Shown here one piece after another: positions 29,793 to 39,507 of a stretch of DNA of 64,000 nt. The stretch's first letter is position 1; the number at the start of each line of letters is the position of its first letter. The position numbers were made by a program, and so were the translations under genes. A model generated the notes under the pieces. It was given only the letters and a program-made list of their open reading frames with translations. It made no database searches and was not told the origin of the DNA. This DNA comes from Bdellovibrionales bacterium (GTDB lineage: Bacteria > Bdellovibrionota > Bdellovibrionia > Bdellovibrionales > UBA1609), in assembly GCA_041690295.1 (NCBI GenBank), contig JAWLHR010000006.1, positions 64,001 through 128,000 on the forward strand, written 5' to 3'.

Positions 29793-30338
29793 TCACTGGC
29801 TGGGTGGAGATTCGCGAACCGACTGACTGTTTTCAGATGTGGAAGTGGGAGCAGCAGGACTTGAAGCGTCAGACGACGTTGTTGAGGACGATGCGGGCAT
29901 TCGCGTCGGCGGAGGCAGAAAAGCATCTTGCCGTTTCGCGGGCGAAAATGAAATCGCGGGATGATTGGAGTTCGCATTGAGATATGATGAAAACGAAATT
30001 TTCTTTCGCGCGGCTTGTTTGGACCGAGCGCGTTTGCCAGTTTCTTTTTCTCCATCGGCAAGAGCCGGCGCCTCTTCGCTCGAGCTCGCGGCCTCGGTGA
30101 CAGGTTCAGTGGATTCACCGCAGATGGGAAGATCAGCGTCATCAAGGGCGAATGAAGCGCCTTTTTTGCGGCATTTTTTCTTCACGACCTTCTTTTTCTT
30201 GGGCTTTTCACCGCAAAGATCCGGGCGAATTTCACAGATTTCATCCGTGGTCACGGCGGAATTCGGTTTTTCCGCCCAACCGACGCTGGCAAGTAAGAAT
30301 GTTGAAGTCACGGCCAACAATTTAAACATAATCATCAC
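29793..30338 (-). CDS. Hypothetical secreted low-complexity protein
   Basis: Signal peptide; Lys- and Ser-rich; overlaps the upstream stop. Confidence 0.55.
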   Translation of the reverse strand: MMIMFKLLAVTSTFLLASVGWAEKPNSAVTTDEICEIRPDLCGEKPKKKKVVKKKCRKKGASFALDDADLPICGESTEPVTEAASSSEEAPALADGEKETGKRARSKQAARKKISFSSYLNANSNHPAISFSPAKRQDAFLPPPTRMPASSSTTSSDASSPAAPTSTSENSQSVRESPPSQ

Positions 30339-31108
30339 CGCGAAGCTGCGGCGGGATCATACGAAGTGGAAATCCCACCGGGACCACCGCCGGATACATT
30401 GGATAAACCGGGGGTAATCACATTGTTATTCGAGCCACCCATCGAACTGGAACCACCAGCGCCGCCGGAGGAGCCAAGCAGCGAAATTCCCGTGGAAGTG
30501 CCGGTGTTCGCCGGATTGCGAATCGTGCGATTGGCCGGCGGAGCGATGACGCCGACATTGGCGTTCGCGGCCAGGTATTGATCATAAGAGACCGACGACG
30601 GCGAGGAATTCACGGTCGCGGTGGAAAACCGATTGTTCACGCTGGACGCGATGGACGCGGGCAAAGTCACCGAGGAGCTTCCGTTAGAGCAGGTTAATTC
30701 GGCGCCGTTCGGCACGCATTGCGAAGAACCGAATTTATTCATCAAGGCCAATTTGGCGATATTCAATTTTTGTTGTTTAAAAGCGGCCTCGAATTGGGCG
30801 CGGCTCATTTGCGGATTGGCGCGACGGAAATCGCGGCGGGCTTGCGCCATGATTCTTTTGGTTTCCGCTTTCCCGAAGGTGGCGTTCATGGTTCTGGCCA
30901 GATCCCGAACCGACGTAGTTTTTGTGGAATTTGGTTGAATCACTTGGACCGGCTGGTTGGGCGTGCTTTGTTGAAATTCCTGCTCGGCAACGTTGGAGTT
31001 TTCGGCGCCTTTGTTACACATTGCTTTGAACTCACCGGCCGTCGCGTGAATGGAGCCCACAGCGATTCCCATCAGAGCTAAGGCCTGAATTGAGAATTTG
31101 GCAGCCAT
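30335..31108 (-). CDS. Hypothetical secreted protein
   Basis: GGAGGGGG RBS, signal peptide, Ser/Gly-rich tail. Confidence 0.65.
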   Translation of the reverse strand: MAAKFSIQALALMGIAVGSIHATAGEFKAMCNKGAENSNVAEQEFQQSTPNQPVQVIQPNSTKTTSVRDLARTMNATFGKAETKRIMAQARRDFRRANPQMSRAQFEAAFKQQKLNIAKLALMNKFGSSQCVPNGAELTCSNGSSSVTLPASIASSVNNRFSTATVNSSPSSVSYDQYLAANANVGVIAPPANRTIRNPANTGTSTGISLLGSSGGAGGSSSMGGSNNNVITPGLSNVSGGGPGGISTSYDPAAASR

Positions 31109-31323
31109 GCTTTTCCCCCTCCGTTAACTCTTATCTTCATTATTCCGATGCAAATTAAGAGGCGCAATAGATCAAACAAGGACTGGATGAGTGTCGATAA
31201 TCCGTTCATTTGTTTGATCGCAAGTCAGGCATGAGTCTCAAAATGAGACAGCGACGGTGACGTTTCGTGCCCGCACCTGTCGAAAATGTCGGCGGCCATG
31301 AGCAAAAGAAACGGGCGCCCCGC

Positions 31324-31339
31324 TGGCATAAACCTCGCT
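31324..31339 (+). promoter_or_regulatory. Putative sigma54 promoter
   Basis: TGGCAT-AAACC-TCGCT upstream of the RBS of 31364. Confidence 0.5.
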
Positions 31340-31363
31340 CTTAGTACGGGAAGGGAGGGATGC

Positions 31364-32083
31364 ATGAGCCAAGACCAGAATCCAAATAACGTGATTCAGT
31401 TTCCGGGTCGCCGTAAAGAATCGCCGGATAAGCCGGTGGCTCCGCAATCCTCCAAGACCGCGGCCAAAGAAGACGCGCGCCCACGTAAGAAACAATCCAA
31501 AAAAACACTTCTCGGAAGCGCGCTGGCCGTGATTCTCGCCACGGGCGCGGTGAATCGCTTTGTGTTCGAAACACCCGTGCATTCAATGGAATTCACCTCA
31601 CAGGTTTCCGAATCCGCGGGCCGCGGCATCGCCAGCGTTGATCGCCGTGTCTGGCACCGGGACGCCCAATGGGAAAAAGAACTTGCCGAAAAACTCGCTT
31701 CACCCAAAGTTCGCGTGATCGCCTCTGAAAGCATCGGCCGCCAGGCCACCATGGCGGAAAAACTCCGCTGGGGCATTCTCGAGGAAAAATACACGATCGT
31801 TTACCGTACCGAATCACCGGGAATTCAATCCATCTTCCTTCAAGACACGAGCAGCGAGCCGTCTTATATCCGTGATCGTGAAAAGTTCCTGCGTGAATTC
31901 GGATCGCTTTTCGAAGTGAATTTCGCCGCCGCCCGACTGAAGTCGGTGGAGACCAACCCGGAAAAAACGGTGGAATCCTACACGCTTTATGACGAGAACG
32001 AGCGGCCCGCCAGCGAAGCTCGTTTTGAACTTGATCGGTTCAAACGTCTGATCTCGCTCAAAGTCGAGCCCGTCCAGATATAA
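31364..32083 (+). CDS. Hypothetical single-pass membrane protein
   Basis: GGGAGG RBS, NNVIQFP, one TM segment, RGIAS motif. Confidence 0.7.
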   Translation: MSQDQNPNNVIQFPGRRKESPDKPVAPQSSKTAAKEDARPRKKQSKKTLLGSALAVILATGAVNRFVFETPVHSMEFTSQVSESAGRGIASVDRRVWHRDAQWEKELAEKLASPKVRVIASESIGRQATMAEKLRWGILEEKYTIVYRTESPGIQSIFLQDTSSEPSYIRDREKFLREFGSLFEVNFAAARLKSVETNPEKTVESYTLYDENERPASEARFELDRFKRLISLKVEPVQI

Positions 32084-32120
32084 CATCATTATTTCGAATA
32101 TTTAGCCGATAAGTCCAATT

Positions 32121-33992
32121 ATGGTCATACCGGATTGGACGACCCGTCCACCCGCAGCTAAACGCGAAGTGCTTTTGACGGAAGAGCCGCCGTTGCGTTT
32201 GGCCCGCCCGCTGGATCGCTTGGGTGCCGCCATCATCGATGTCGCGATTTTTCTTGTTCCGGTTTACCTGCTTTTGAGCGCCCCGTTGAAGCGCGATCTC
32301 ACCATGAGTTTCATTCTTGGGTCGGAGCCGGACTTCATGATCGTGGCGCTTTCAATGTTCATGGTTGGCGCGGCTTTGCTGCTGTCCTATCAGACGATCT
32401 GCCATTACTTTTTCGGCGCCACGCTTGGAAAAAAGATTTTCGATCTCAGAGTTGAGCCCATGTTCGCGGGCGAACAGCTCACCGTTTGGGACCATGGTCT
32501 GCGATCGTTCTTGTGGTTGATTGAAATGCTTTGTTTTGGATTGCCTTGGCTCGCGGTGTTCAGCAATTCCAAACGTCGCCCCATGCATGATCGCATTTGC
32601 GATACCGTGGTCGTGACAAGATCACCCGCGGGCGTGGCCGCTCCTCATCTCTGGGAGCGGCATTTGGTTCGCGCCTTCTTCGCCTTCTTGCTCGGTATTT
32701 TCGCGTTGATCGTCACCATCCAAGTCAGTTATTCGATTCGTAACTTGCGCGCCGAGAGAGCTTTGGCTTCAATCGTGGAACGTGATCTCGGCGATTGTGA
32801 AGTCGTGAGCGAGGCCGTGGGTTCGGTGGATGAGGACTCGCACGCCCGATTGAAAAAAGCGATGACTCTTTACGCCGCGGGTCTCGCGGATCGTTCCTGT
32901 TTGGAATCGGAAGTGGAAGGCGAGATCGCGCGCCAAGTGCCGGTGGCACCGATCACTTATCTTTCCCAAGCCTTCATTTACGCTGATGAAGCGGAAATTT
33001 CGAATTCCTATTTGGACGAAGTTTGTGAAATGGCGCCGGGAACTGTTGAGTGCGCCATGAGCCAGCTGGTGACCAGTTGGTCGGATGAGGACTGGGAATC
33101 GGTCGGCCGTATTTTACAATCCGCGCCCAAAGGCAGTGGGTATATGGAAGTTTGGGCCCTTCGCCATTACATGAAGCAGGCCCAGTACGCGCAAGCGCTC
33201 GAAACACTCGATGAGCTGCTCGCCCACCGGGAGATCGCCGAGTTCACTTTGGTTCAGCGCGTGAAGGCTCTCTTCAATGCCTATCGTGAAGCCGAGGCCA
33301 CCGCCGCTTATCAACAAGCCATTTTGACATTGCCCGAAGATCAGGCCGGTGATCTCGGGGCTTGGATGTGCTCGCAACAACTGCAAAGAAGCTGTTCGGC
33401 GCGCACCGGAGTGGCGTGCCGGCAAACCCTTCCGAATGAATTGACACCCGAAATTGATTTCTCGTATTCCGCGCGAGCTTTAGCCAGCGTGCTTTCGCTG
33501 GAGTGTTTGGCGGAGAAGGAAATCGACTACGCCCGTTTCGTGGATGAGGTCAATGACAGCAGTTGGAAATTGTTTTTCCAAGCCAACATGAACCGCGCGC
33601 GGGGAGACCGTCTGGCCGCCGGCGAGCTGTTCGCGAAACTCATGGGTTCGGAACAAGCTCCCGATCTTTTGCGGATCGAAGCGGCTCGACGTTGGGTTTC
33701 GTTCGCGCCACGGGCGCAAATGGAACGGGTGGTGGAGTCCTGGATGAAGTTCAAGCCACGCGAGGCTTGGGTGAAAATCGGCAACTTCCTGTTTGAACGG
33801 CTGGCCGAGACTAAAAATTCGGAGCTGGCGATCAAAGTGGCCACGCAACTCGCGGAAGATGAATCACTGTCACCGCTGGCGGCCAAGTTCCTCGCCTCGC
33901 TAAGCGAAGGCGAACGCGAAACTGTTCGTCGTCCGGCCCAGGCCAAAGAGCCGGTTCGGGAAATGCTGGAGTCCACGGAGGAGAGTCCGTGA
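32121..33992 (+). CDS. RDD family membrane protein with large helical periplasmic domain
   Basis: RLGAAIID, GATLGKKIFDLRV, MHDRICDTVVV; sigma28-like GCCGATAA at 32105-32112. Confidence 0.8.
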   Translation: MVIPDWTTRPPAAKREVLLTEEPPLRLARPLDRLGAAIIDVAIFLVPVYLLLSAPLKRDLTMSFILGSEPDFMIVALSMFMVGAALLLSYQTICHYFFGATLGKKIFDLRVEPMFAGEQLTVWDHGLRSFLWLIEMLCFGLPWLAVFSNSKRRPMHDRICDTVVVTRSPAGVAAPHLWERHLVRAFFAFLLGIFALIVTIQVSYSIRNLRAERALASIVERDLGDCEVVSEAVGSVDEDSHARLKKAMTLYAAGLADRSCLESEVEGEIARQVPVAPITYLSQAFIYADEAEISNSYLDEVCEMAPGTVECAMSQLVTSWSDEDWESVGRILQSAPKGSGYMEVWALRHYMKQAQYAQALETLDELLAHREIAEFTLVQRVKALFNAYREAEATAAYQQAILTLPEDQAGDLGAWMCSQQLQRSCSARTGVACRQTLPNELTPEIDFSYSARALASVLSLECLAEKEIDYARFVDEVNDSSWKLFFQANMNRARGDRLAAGELFAKLMGSEQAPDLLRIEAARRWVSFAPRAQMERVVESWMKFKPREAWVKIGNFLFERLAETKNSELAIKVATQLAEDESLSPLAAKFLASLSEGERETVRRPAQAKEPVREMLESTEESP

Positions 33993-35026
33993 TTTTTCCG
34001 ATCCTTCAGGGTTTGGTCAGTTGGCGAAAAGCGCCGATCTCATGGACTCTGGTGGCGCTGAATATTCTCATGTTGATCTACACTTCGGTGGCCGGCCGGA
34101 AAGCGCAAGAAGGTCTGGAAAGCCTCATGAGTGGAAAATATTTTTTAACCACTCAGGGTCGCATTTACGCCCAATTCGTTGATCGCGCGGGTTACAAAGC
34201 GGATTATCCGCCGTTTCTGCGCGCGCTCGCCGAAAAGGTCGATCACGGTGAAGTGGGACGCGCCGAAATGCTGGGGCATCTGGCGTTTCGTGATCTCAAC
34301 TTCTTGAATTCCGCCGATCGGTTTCAATACGAGGGCGATCAAGTGGCCTTTCGCTATTGGCAAAAACGCATTGAAGACGTGCGGCTCTTTCAAAGCGAGC
34401 ATCCCAGCTTCACTTTGGGTTTGAACGCGGAAGACACGAGTCTTGCGAAATGGGTGTCATATATTTTCGTTCACAGCGGAGCGCTCCATCTTCTCGGCAA
34501 TATGTTTTTTCTTTTCATTTTCGGCTCGGCGCTTGAGCGGCAAATCGGTGGTTTGGGTGTGTTGGTGGTGTTTCTATTGTCCGGGGTCTTCGCCGCGGGC
34601 GTCTTCGCCACCATGACCGGGGTCACCAGTTCGCCTTTGGTCGGCGCGAGCGGCGCCGTGAGCGGAGTCATGGCTCTTTATTGTTTTCTCAACTGGAATC
34701 GCGCGGAGCGGTTTTTTTATTGGTTTCTGTTACCGTTCCGCGGATATATGGGTTTTGTTTATCTCCCCGCGTGGGTGGCGCTGATTCTTTGGGGCCTCAA
34801 TGATCTCGCGGGATATTTGGGGACTTTACCAGAAATGGGTGGGGTCGCTTACACGGCTCACTTGGGTGGTGAACTCGCGGGCTTGATCATCGGCGGAGTG
34901 CTTTGGCTCAAGCGGCGCCAGTGGCCGCTTTTCCCGCGTGAAGAACAAAGTCCGCCGATGGGTAAGCTTTTTCCCTTGCTTCCCCCGAAACCGATCACTC
35001 GTTCGGAACAAAACCGCGCCGCATAG
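33989..35026 (+). CDS. Rhomboid family intramembrane serine protease
   Basis: FVHSGALHLLGNM, VGASGAVSG, AYTAHLGG. Confidence 0.9.
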   Translation: MIFPILQGLVSWRKAPISWTLVALNILMLIYTSVAGRKAQEGLESLMSGKYFLTTQGRIYAQFVDRAGYKADYPPFLRALAEKVDHGEVGRAEMLGHLAFRDLNFLNSADRFQYEGDQVAFRYWQKRIEDVRLFQSEHPSFTLGLNAEDTSLAKWVSYIFVHSGALHLLGNMFFLFIFGSALERQIGGLGVLVVFLLSGVFAAGVFATMTGVTSSPLVGASGAVSGVMALYCFLNWNRAERFFYWFLLPFRGYMGFVYLPAWVALILWGLNDLAGYLGTLPEMGGVAYTAHLGGELAGLIIGGVLWLKRRQWPLFPREEQSPPMGKLFPLLPPKPITRSEQNRAA

Positions 35027-37946
35027 TGTTTTCAGTCACCACTCGCGGTTCCACATACTGCAAAAGATAATCAGGTCCACCGGTCTTGCTGCCAAGTCCG
35101 GAGAGTTTGAATCCACCGAACGGATGCCGTTCCACCAACGCGCCTGTGATTCCGCGGTTGATGTAAACGTTGCCCGCTTCATACTCGCGTTTCACGCGTT
35201 CGATGGTGGCCGGGCTTCGCGAATAAAGACCACCGGTCAAGGCATACTCCGTGGAGTTCGCGATCTTTAAGGCTTCATCCATGTCCTTGGCCTTGATCAC
35301 GGCGAGAACCGGACCAAAGATTTCTTTTTGCGCCACATCCGAATTGGGATCGACGTCACGGAAAATCGTGGGGGCGACATAATAACCGCCGGGCGGCGCT
35401 TGTCCCTCAAACGCCACGCTCGCGTAAGTTTTCGCCGAGGCGATCATGCCGTTGATTCGATTCCAAGCTTCTTCATCGATCACCGGTCCGAGATACGAGC
35501 GTGGATCTTCGGCGGGCCCCACGTGCAAGCTTCGGGCGGCCTCGATCAATCTTTCCAAGAAGCGATCGTAAATGGACTCAAGTGCGATCACCCGGCTTCC
35601 AGCCGAGCATTTTTGCCCTTGGAATCCGAAGGCGGAATAAATCACACCGGCCACCGCTTCATCCAAGTCGGCGTCCGAATCAATGATAATGGCGTTTTTG
35701 CCGCCGAGTTCAGCGATGACTTTTTTGATGTGATGCTGACCTTCATGAACCACGGCCGCTTTTTGCAGGATGCTCAAACCCACTGCTTTTGATCCGGTGA
35801 AGGCGATCATGGCGACATCTTTATGGTTCACCAGATATTCGCCGATTTCTTCGCCGTAGCCGGGAACAAAGTGCACGCAATCGTGCGGAAAGCCCACGTC
35901 CATCATCATCCGCATGAGATCATAGCCGGTGATGGAACTTTGTTCAGCGGGTTTCATCACCACCGTGTTGCCGGTGACCAGCGCCGCCGTCACCATTCCG
36001 GTCAAAATCGCCAGCGGAAAATTCCACGGCGAAATCACCGTGACCACGCCTCTGGGTTGATAGTGATAAAGGCTCACTTCGCCGGGAACATTACCCACGC
36101 GCCGGGGTGCGCTCATGGTGGCTCGGGCTTGTAGAGCGTAATATCGGCAAAAATCGATGGCTTCGGCCACGTCACCGTCCGCTTCGCGCCAACCTTTACC
36201 GCATTCATAAACCTGAAGAGCGGCCAGACGGAATCGTTCCTTTTGCATTCGATCCGCGAGGGCCTCAAGCAGGCGTGCGCGCTCTTCCACTGTCCGGCGT
36301 GACCATGAGGCGAAGCCGGCCTTGGCGGCTTGAACCGCGGCTTCGGCTTCTTTGACTCCCGCCACGGAAACGGTGCCGACGTTTTCAGTGAATTGGCTGG
36401 GGTTCATCCGGTCGAGAGTGCGGTCGGTGTGAATGGGTTTTCCATTGATCACGATCGGGTAAGTCTTGCCGAAATTCTGCCGCCAGGCTTTGAGCGCGGC
36501 GATCATATTCTCCCGCATGCCGGCGATCGCGAAGTCGGTGAGGGGTTCGTTATAAAACTCACCCGGTCGGCGAATGGGATCCCCATCGGAATTCACCAGT
36601 CCTTCGAGCGGATTTTTCAGCAGCACATCGGCGCTCATGTTTTCGGCGAATTTCGATCGCAAAAACGATTCATTGGACGTGTTTTCCAGCAACCGGCGCA
36701 CGAGATAAGCCATACCGGGAATCAATTCGCCGATCGTGGCGTACTCGCGCACGCGATGACCGTCGCGAACCAAAGTGCGTTTGATGGGATCGGCCATCCC
36801 GTAAAGCATTTGAATTTCCAGCGCGCGTTTATCGAGGCCTTTGGCTTCGGCATACGCGATCGCCGCGGAAATGGAGCGGATATTGTGGGATCCGACGGCT
36901 AAACGAATATGGGGATAGGCATCGATCAAGCGCTTGGCGCAGATTTCGAAATTCGCGTCAGATTCTTTCTTGTTGAGGAAAACCGGAATCTTCCAGCCTT
37001 TTTGTCGCGCGAGAACGGTTTCGTAATCCCAGTACGCGCCTTTCACCAAGCGGATCGTGAAAGGAACACCTCGTTTTTTGGCGAGATCAATCATGCGATC
37101 CACATCCGCCAGACAATCGCGCAAGTAGGCTTGAAGCACGATGCCCCAGTGCGGATAGGAGCGGAACTCGTCTTCCATGATCAAGTCGGAGAACGCCTGA
37201 AGGAGAAAATCCTTATGGACGTATTGCTCCATATCCAGATTGATGAACACGTTTTTGGCCATGGCTTTACGGAAAACCAGGCGCAAACGCTCTTTCACCA
37301 TGCGGAGTGAGGGTTCCCAAGCCGCTTCATCGATTTGTGAATAAAGCGCGGTGACTTTGACCGACACATTCACTTTGGGGATCGGGCCGCGTTCGTCCTC
37401 GTCGATTTGCGCGATGTGCTCCCAGTTGTTCGCGTCGTCGCTTAACCAGTCGATCAGTTCGAGGTAACGGGAAAGGTATTCTTCGGCTTCTTTTTCCGAA
37501 AGGGTCGCTTCACCCAGAAGATCCACCGTGAAGGTGATCTTGTTTTTGCGGGCTTTTTTAAGCGCCGGCAAAGCGTCTTGGGGTGTTTCGCCGGTGATGA
37601 ACATCTTGGCCATTTGAGTGACGTTCTTACGAACCGCGCTTGCCATGATTCCAGGCGCCAGAGATCCCAGCCCCAAACCGAAATTAAAAACAGACGGGAG
37701 TTCGTCGCCGCTTTCCGCGAAATACTCCTTCAGGTGCTTGGCCACTTCAGAACTGGATTGCAGATAGGGGAGGACGTCGACGAATCGGAACATCTGCACT
37801 TTGAAATGCTCGTTCTTCATCGACCAATCCATGATCCGCCCATACCACCAGTCTTTGTTGAAAATGGACGTCGAATCGTTTTCCAGGGCTTTGAAAATGC
37901 GTTCGCCCGTTTGACGGACTGAATGCTCTAGTTCTTCGTTCTTCAT
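34995..37946 (-). CDS. putA: Bifunctional proline dehydrogenase / P5C dehydrogenase
   Basis: TVDLLGE, LDMEQ, RLVKGAYWD, YLVRRLLENTSN, ISPWNFP, AELGGKN, QGQKCSA, EIFGP. Confidence 0.95.
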   Translation of the reverse strand: MKNEELEHSVRQTGERIFKALENDSTSIFNKDWWYGRIMDWSMKNEHFKVQMFRFVDVLPYLQSSSEVAKHLKEYFAESGDELPSVFNFGLGLGSLAPGIMASAVRKNVTQMAKMFITGETPQDALPALKKARKNKITFTVDLLGEATLSEKEAEEYLSRYLELIDWLSDDANNWEHIAQIDEDERGPIPKVNVSVKVTALYSQIDEAAWEPSLRMVKERLRLVFRKAMAKNVFINLDMEQYVHKDFLLQAFSDLIMEDEFRSYPHWGIVLQAYLRDCLADVDRMIDLAKKRGVPFTIRLVKGAYWDYETVLARQKGWKIPVFLNKKESDANFEICAKRLIDAYPHIRLAVGSHNIRSISAAIAYAEAKGLDKRALEIQMLYGMADPIKRTLVRDGHRVREYATIGELIPGMAYLVRRLLENTSNESFLRSKFAENMSADVLLKNPLEGLVNSDGDPIRRPGEFYNEPLTDFAIAGMRENMIAALKAWRQNFGKTYPIVINGKPIHTDRTLDRMNPSQFTENVGTVSVAGVKEAEAAVQAAKAGFASWSRRTVEERARLLEALADRMQKERFRLAALQVYECGKGWREADGDVAEAIDFCRYYALQARATMSAPRRVGNVPGEVSLYHYQPRGVVTVISPWNFPLAILTGMVTAALVTGNTVVMKPAEQSSITGYDLMRMMMDVGFPHDCVHFVPGYGEEIGEYLVNHKDVAMIAFTGSKAVGLSILQKAAVVHEGQHHIKKVIAELGGKNAIIIDSDADLDEAVAGVIYSAFGFQGQKCSAGSRVIALESIYDRFLERLIEAARSLHVGPAEDPRSYLGPVIDEEAWNRINGMIASAKTYASVAFEGQAPPGGYYVAPTIFRDVDPNSDVAQKEIFGPVLAVIKAKDMDEALKIANSTEYALTGGLYSRSPATIERVKREYEAGNVYINRGITGALVERHPFGGFKLSGLGSKTGGPDYLLQYVEPRVVTENTMRRGFVPNE

Positions 37947-38045
37947 GATGGAAACCTTGTACTCGGGGCTAACTCTCAGCGCAAGGCGAGAGGTGGGGAG
38001 GATCTCCTCCCCCCTTGTGACGGTGGGTTAATAGGTGGGTTGGGT

Positions 38046-38170
38046 GGCTCATCAGGGTCCCACGACTGTGGTCGAGCCGGACTGTTGACAAGCACTATAG
38101 GCAATCCAGATACCAGCCTGTTCGGAGTCACTTTGTCCGGCGGCGGGGCCCTACGTTTTTTATCGGGCTC
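38046..38170. ncRNA. Candidate structured intergenic RNA, family unknown
   Basis: Nested stems agggtccc/ggggccct, cgac/gtcg, gccggac/gtccggc, tgac/gtca, aggc/gcct followed by a T-run. Confidence 0.45.
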
Positions 38171-38554
38171 CAGATGGGGAGTGCATTTTGGACCGAATCG
38201 GTTGCAAAATGACCCTGAGCATAAATGTAACTTATGTGTAAAACAGTATATTGTAATTAAAATCGAACTGATTGAGTGCGTATATAATTGAAATTAATGC
38301 AGTGGCGGTGACCGTTTTCGGTAGCAGTTCACGGTTTTCCCGTGTCGCATTTTTAAACACCGGGTTTTTTAAGCGTTTTCGCGGATTTAAGTCTCTTAAT
38401 TTGGACAAGGCGAGAAAAGCTGTCGGGTTCTCCCACATTTAAGGGTGGATGGCCTTTTCGGCAAAATTTTAATTCACAAGTAAATTCGAGTACTTGCGTA
38501 TGATCCAGGCGGGCCTGGAGTTTGCCCTTATGTCCTTATCGAGGAGGACATCTC

Positions 38555-39184
38555 TTGAATTCATCTTTGGTGCTTCGAGCACTGGCGATCAGCATTGGAC
38601 TTTTCGCGATGGGGCTCAGCCAGGGCTGCTCCCGCCACATACCCCCGCAGGAAGCCTGCAACTTCGTATTGAGCCCGAAACTACAGAGAGTTTCGTGGGA
38701 AAAGAGGTTACCGGTGAAACTTTTTGTCCATAACTCCGTACCCACCGAAGCTTATGCCGCCATCGATCGCGCGATTGCTGAGTATAATCAGGCTCTCGGG
38801 CGGGAAATGTTCCGGATCATCGCTCGCGGAACCAGCGGGCCCTTAACCCCGAGCCGTGACGGAAGTTCAGTGATTTATTGGTTCGAGAAATGGGATCCGG
38901 AAGAATCCACCGAGCAGGCACGCACCACGATTTATTGGAGCGGCTCACAGATTTTTGAAACCGACATCAGGATCAACGGCAGTCTCAAATACCATTTCGA
39001 CGAGAGCACGGACATCAGCGGTAAAGTGGATCTGATCTCTTTGATGGTGCATGAACTTGGACATGCCCTGGGCCTGGCACATACCGAAGGTTATGCGAGC
39101 GTAATGAACTCTCATTTGGCCGTAAGCCAACTTCGGCGGACATTGAATAAAAGCGATCTGGAGAATTTAAGATGCGAATATTAA
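38555..39184 (+). CDS. Matrixin (M10) family metalloprotease, probable lipoprotein
   Basis: HELGHALGLAH plus Met-turn SVM; GAGGAGG RBS before TTG. Confidence 0.88.
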   Translation: MNSSLVLRALAISIGLFAMGLSQGCSRHIPPQEACNFVLSPKLQRVSWEKRLPVKLFVHNSVPTEAYAAIDRAIAEYNQALGREMFRIIARGTSGPLTPSRDGSSVIYWFEKWDPEESTEQARTTIYWSGSQIFETDIRINGSLKYHFDESTDISGKVDLISLMVHELGHALGLAHTEGYASVMNSHLAVSQLRRTLNKSDLENLRCEY

Positions 39185-39302
39185 GGTCACGGTACCACTT
39201 TGGAACCGCTCCAGAAGCGGATTTTAAGGATTTAAGCAAATTTAAGTTTGTGAAATATCGCGGGCTGGCTAACATGTTTATGTCAGGAAAGAGGAGATAA
39301 CT

Positions 39303-39506
39303 TTGAACACGATCAACCTGCAAACGCATGCGACTGAGGAACCGCGGGAAAGTGCGGTGAGTCGGCCCTATCCGGAGTTCCCCGGTCTCCGGAGAGACAC
39401 GCGCGACGTCTTGCAACAACTGAACGCAAACTTACAGCAGCTCGAGGACAAATGCGGCCGCCTCGATTTCCTGCTCACTGAACTCAAATCGCTGATTAAA
39501 AGGTAA
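39303..39506 (+). CDS. Small hypothetical coiled-coil protein
   Basis: GAGGAG RBS; LxxLNxNLxxLED pattern. Confidence 0.55.
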   Translation: MNTINLQTHATEEPRESAVSRPYPEFPGLRRDTRDVLQQLNANLQQLEDKCGRLDFLLTELKSLIKR

Positions 39507-39507
39507 G

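Noticed and set aside
38046..38170. Hammerhead ribozyme or putA riboswitch
   Set aside because: CTGATGAG is present on the - strand but no correctly placed GAAA follows; putA appears to have its own proximal promoter.
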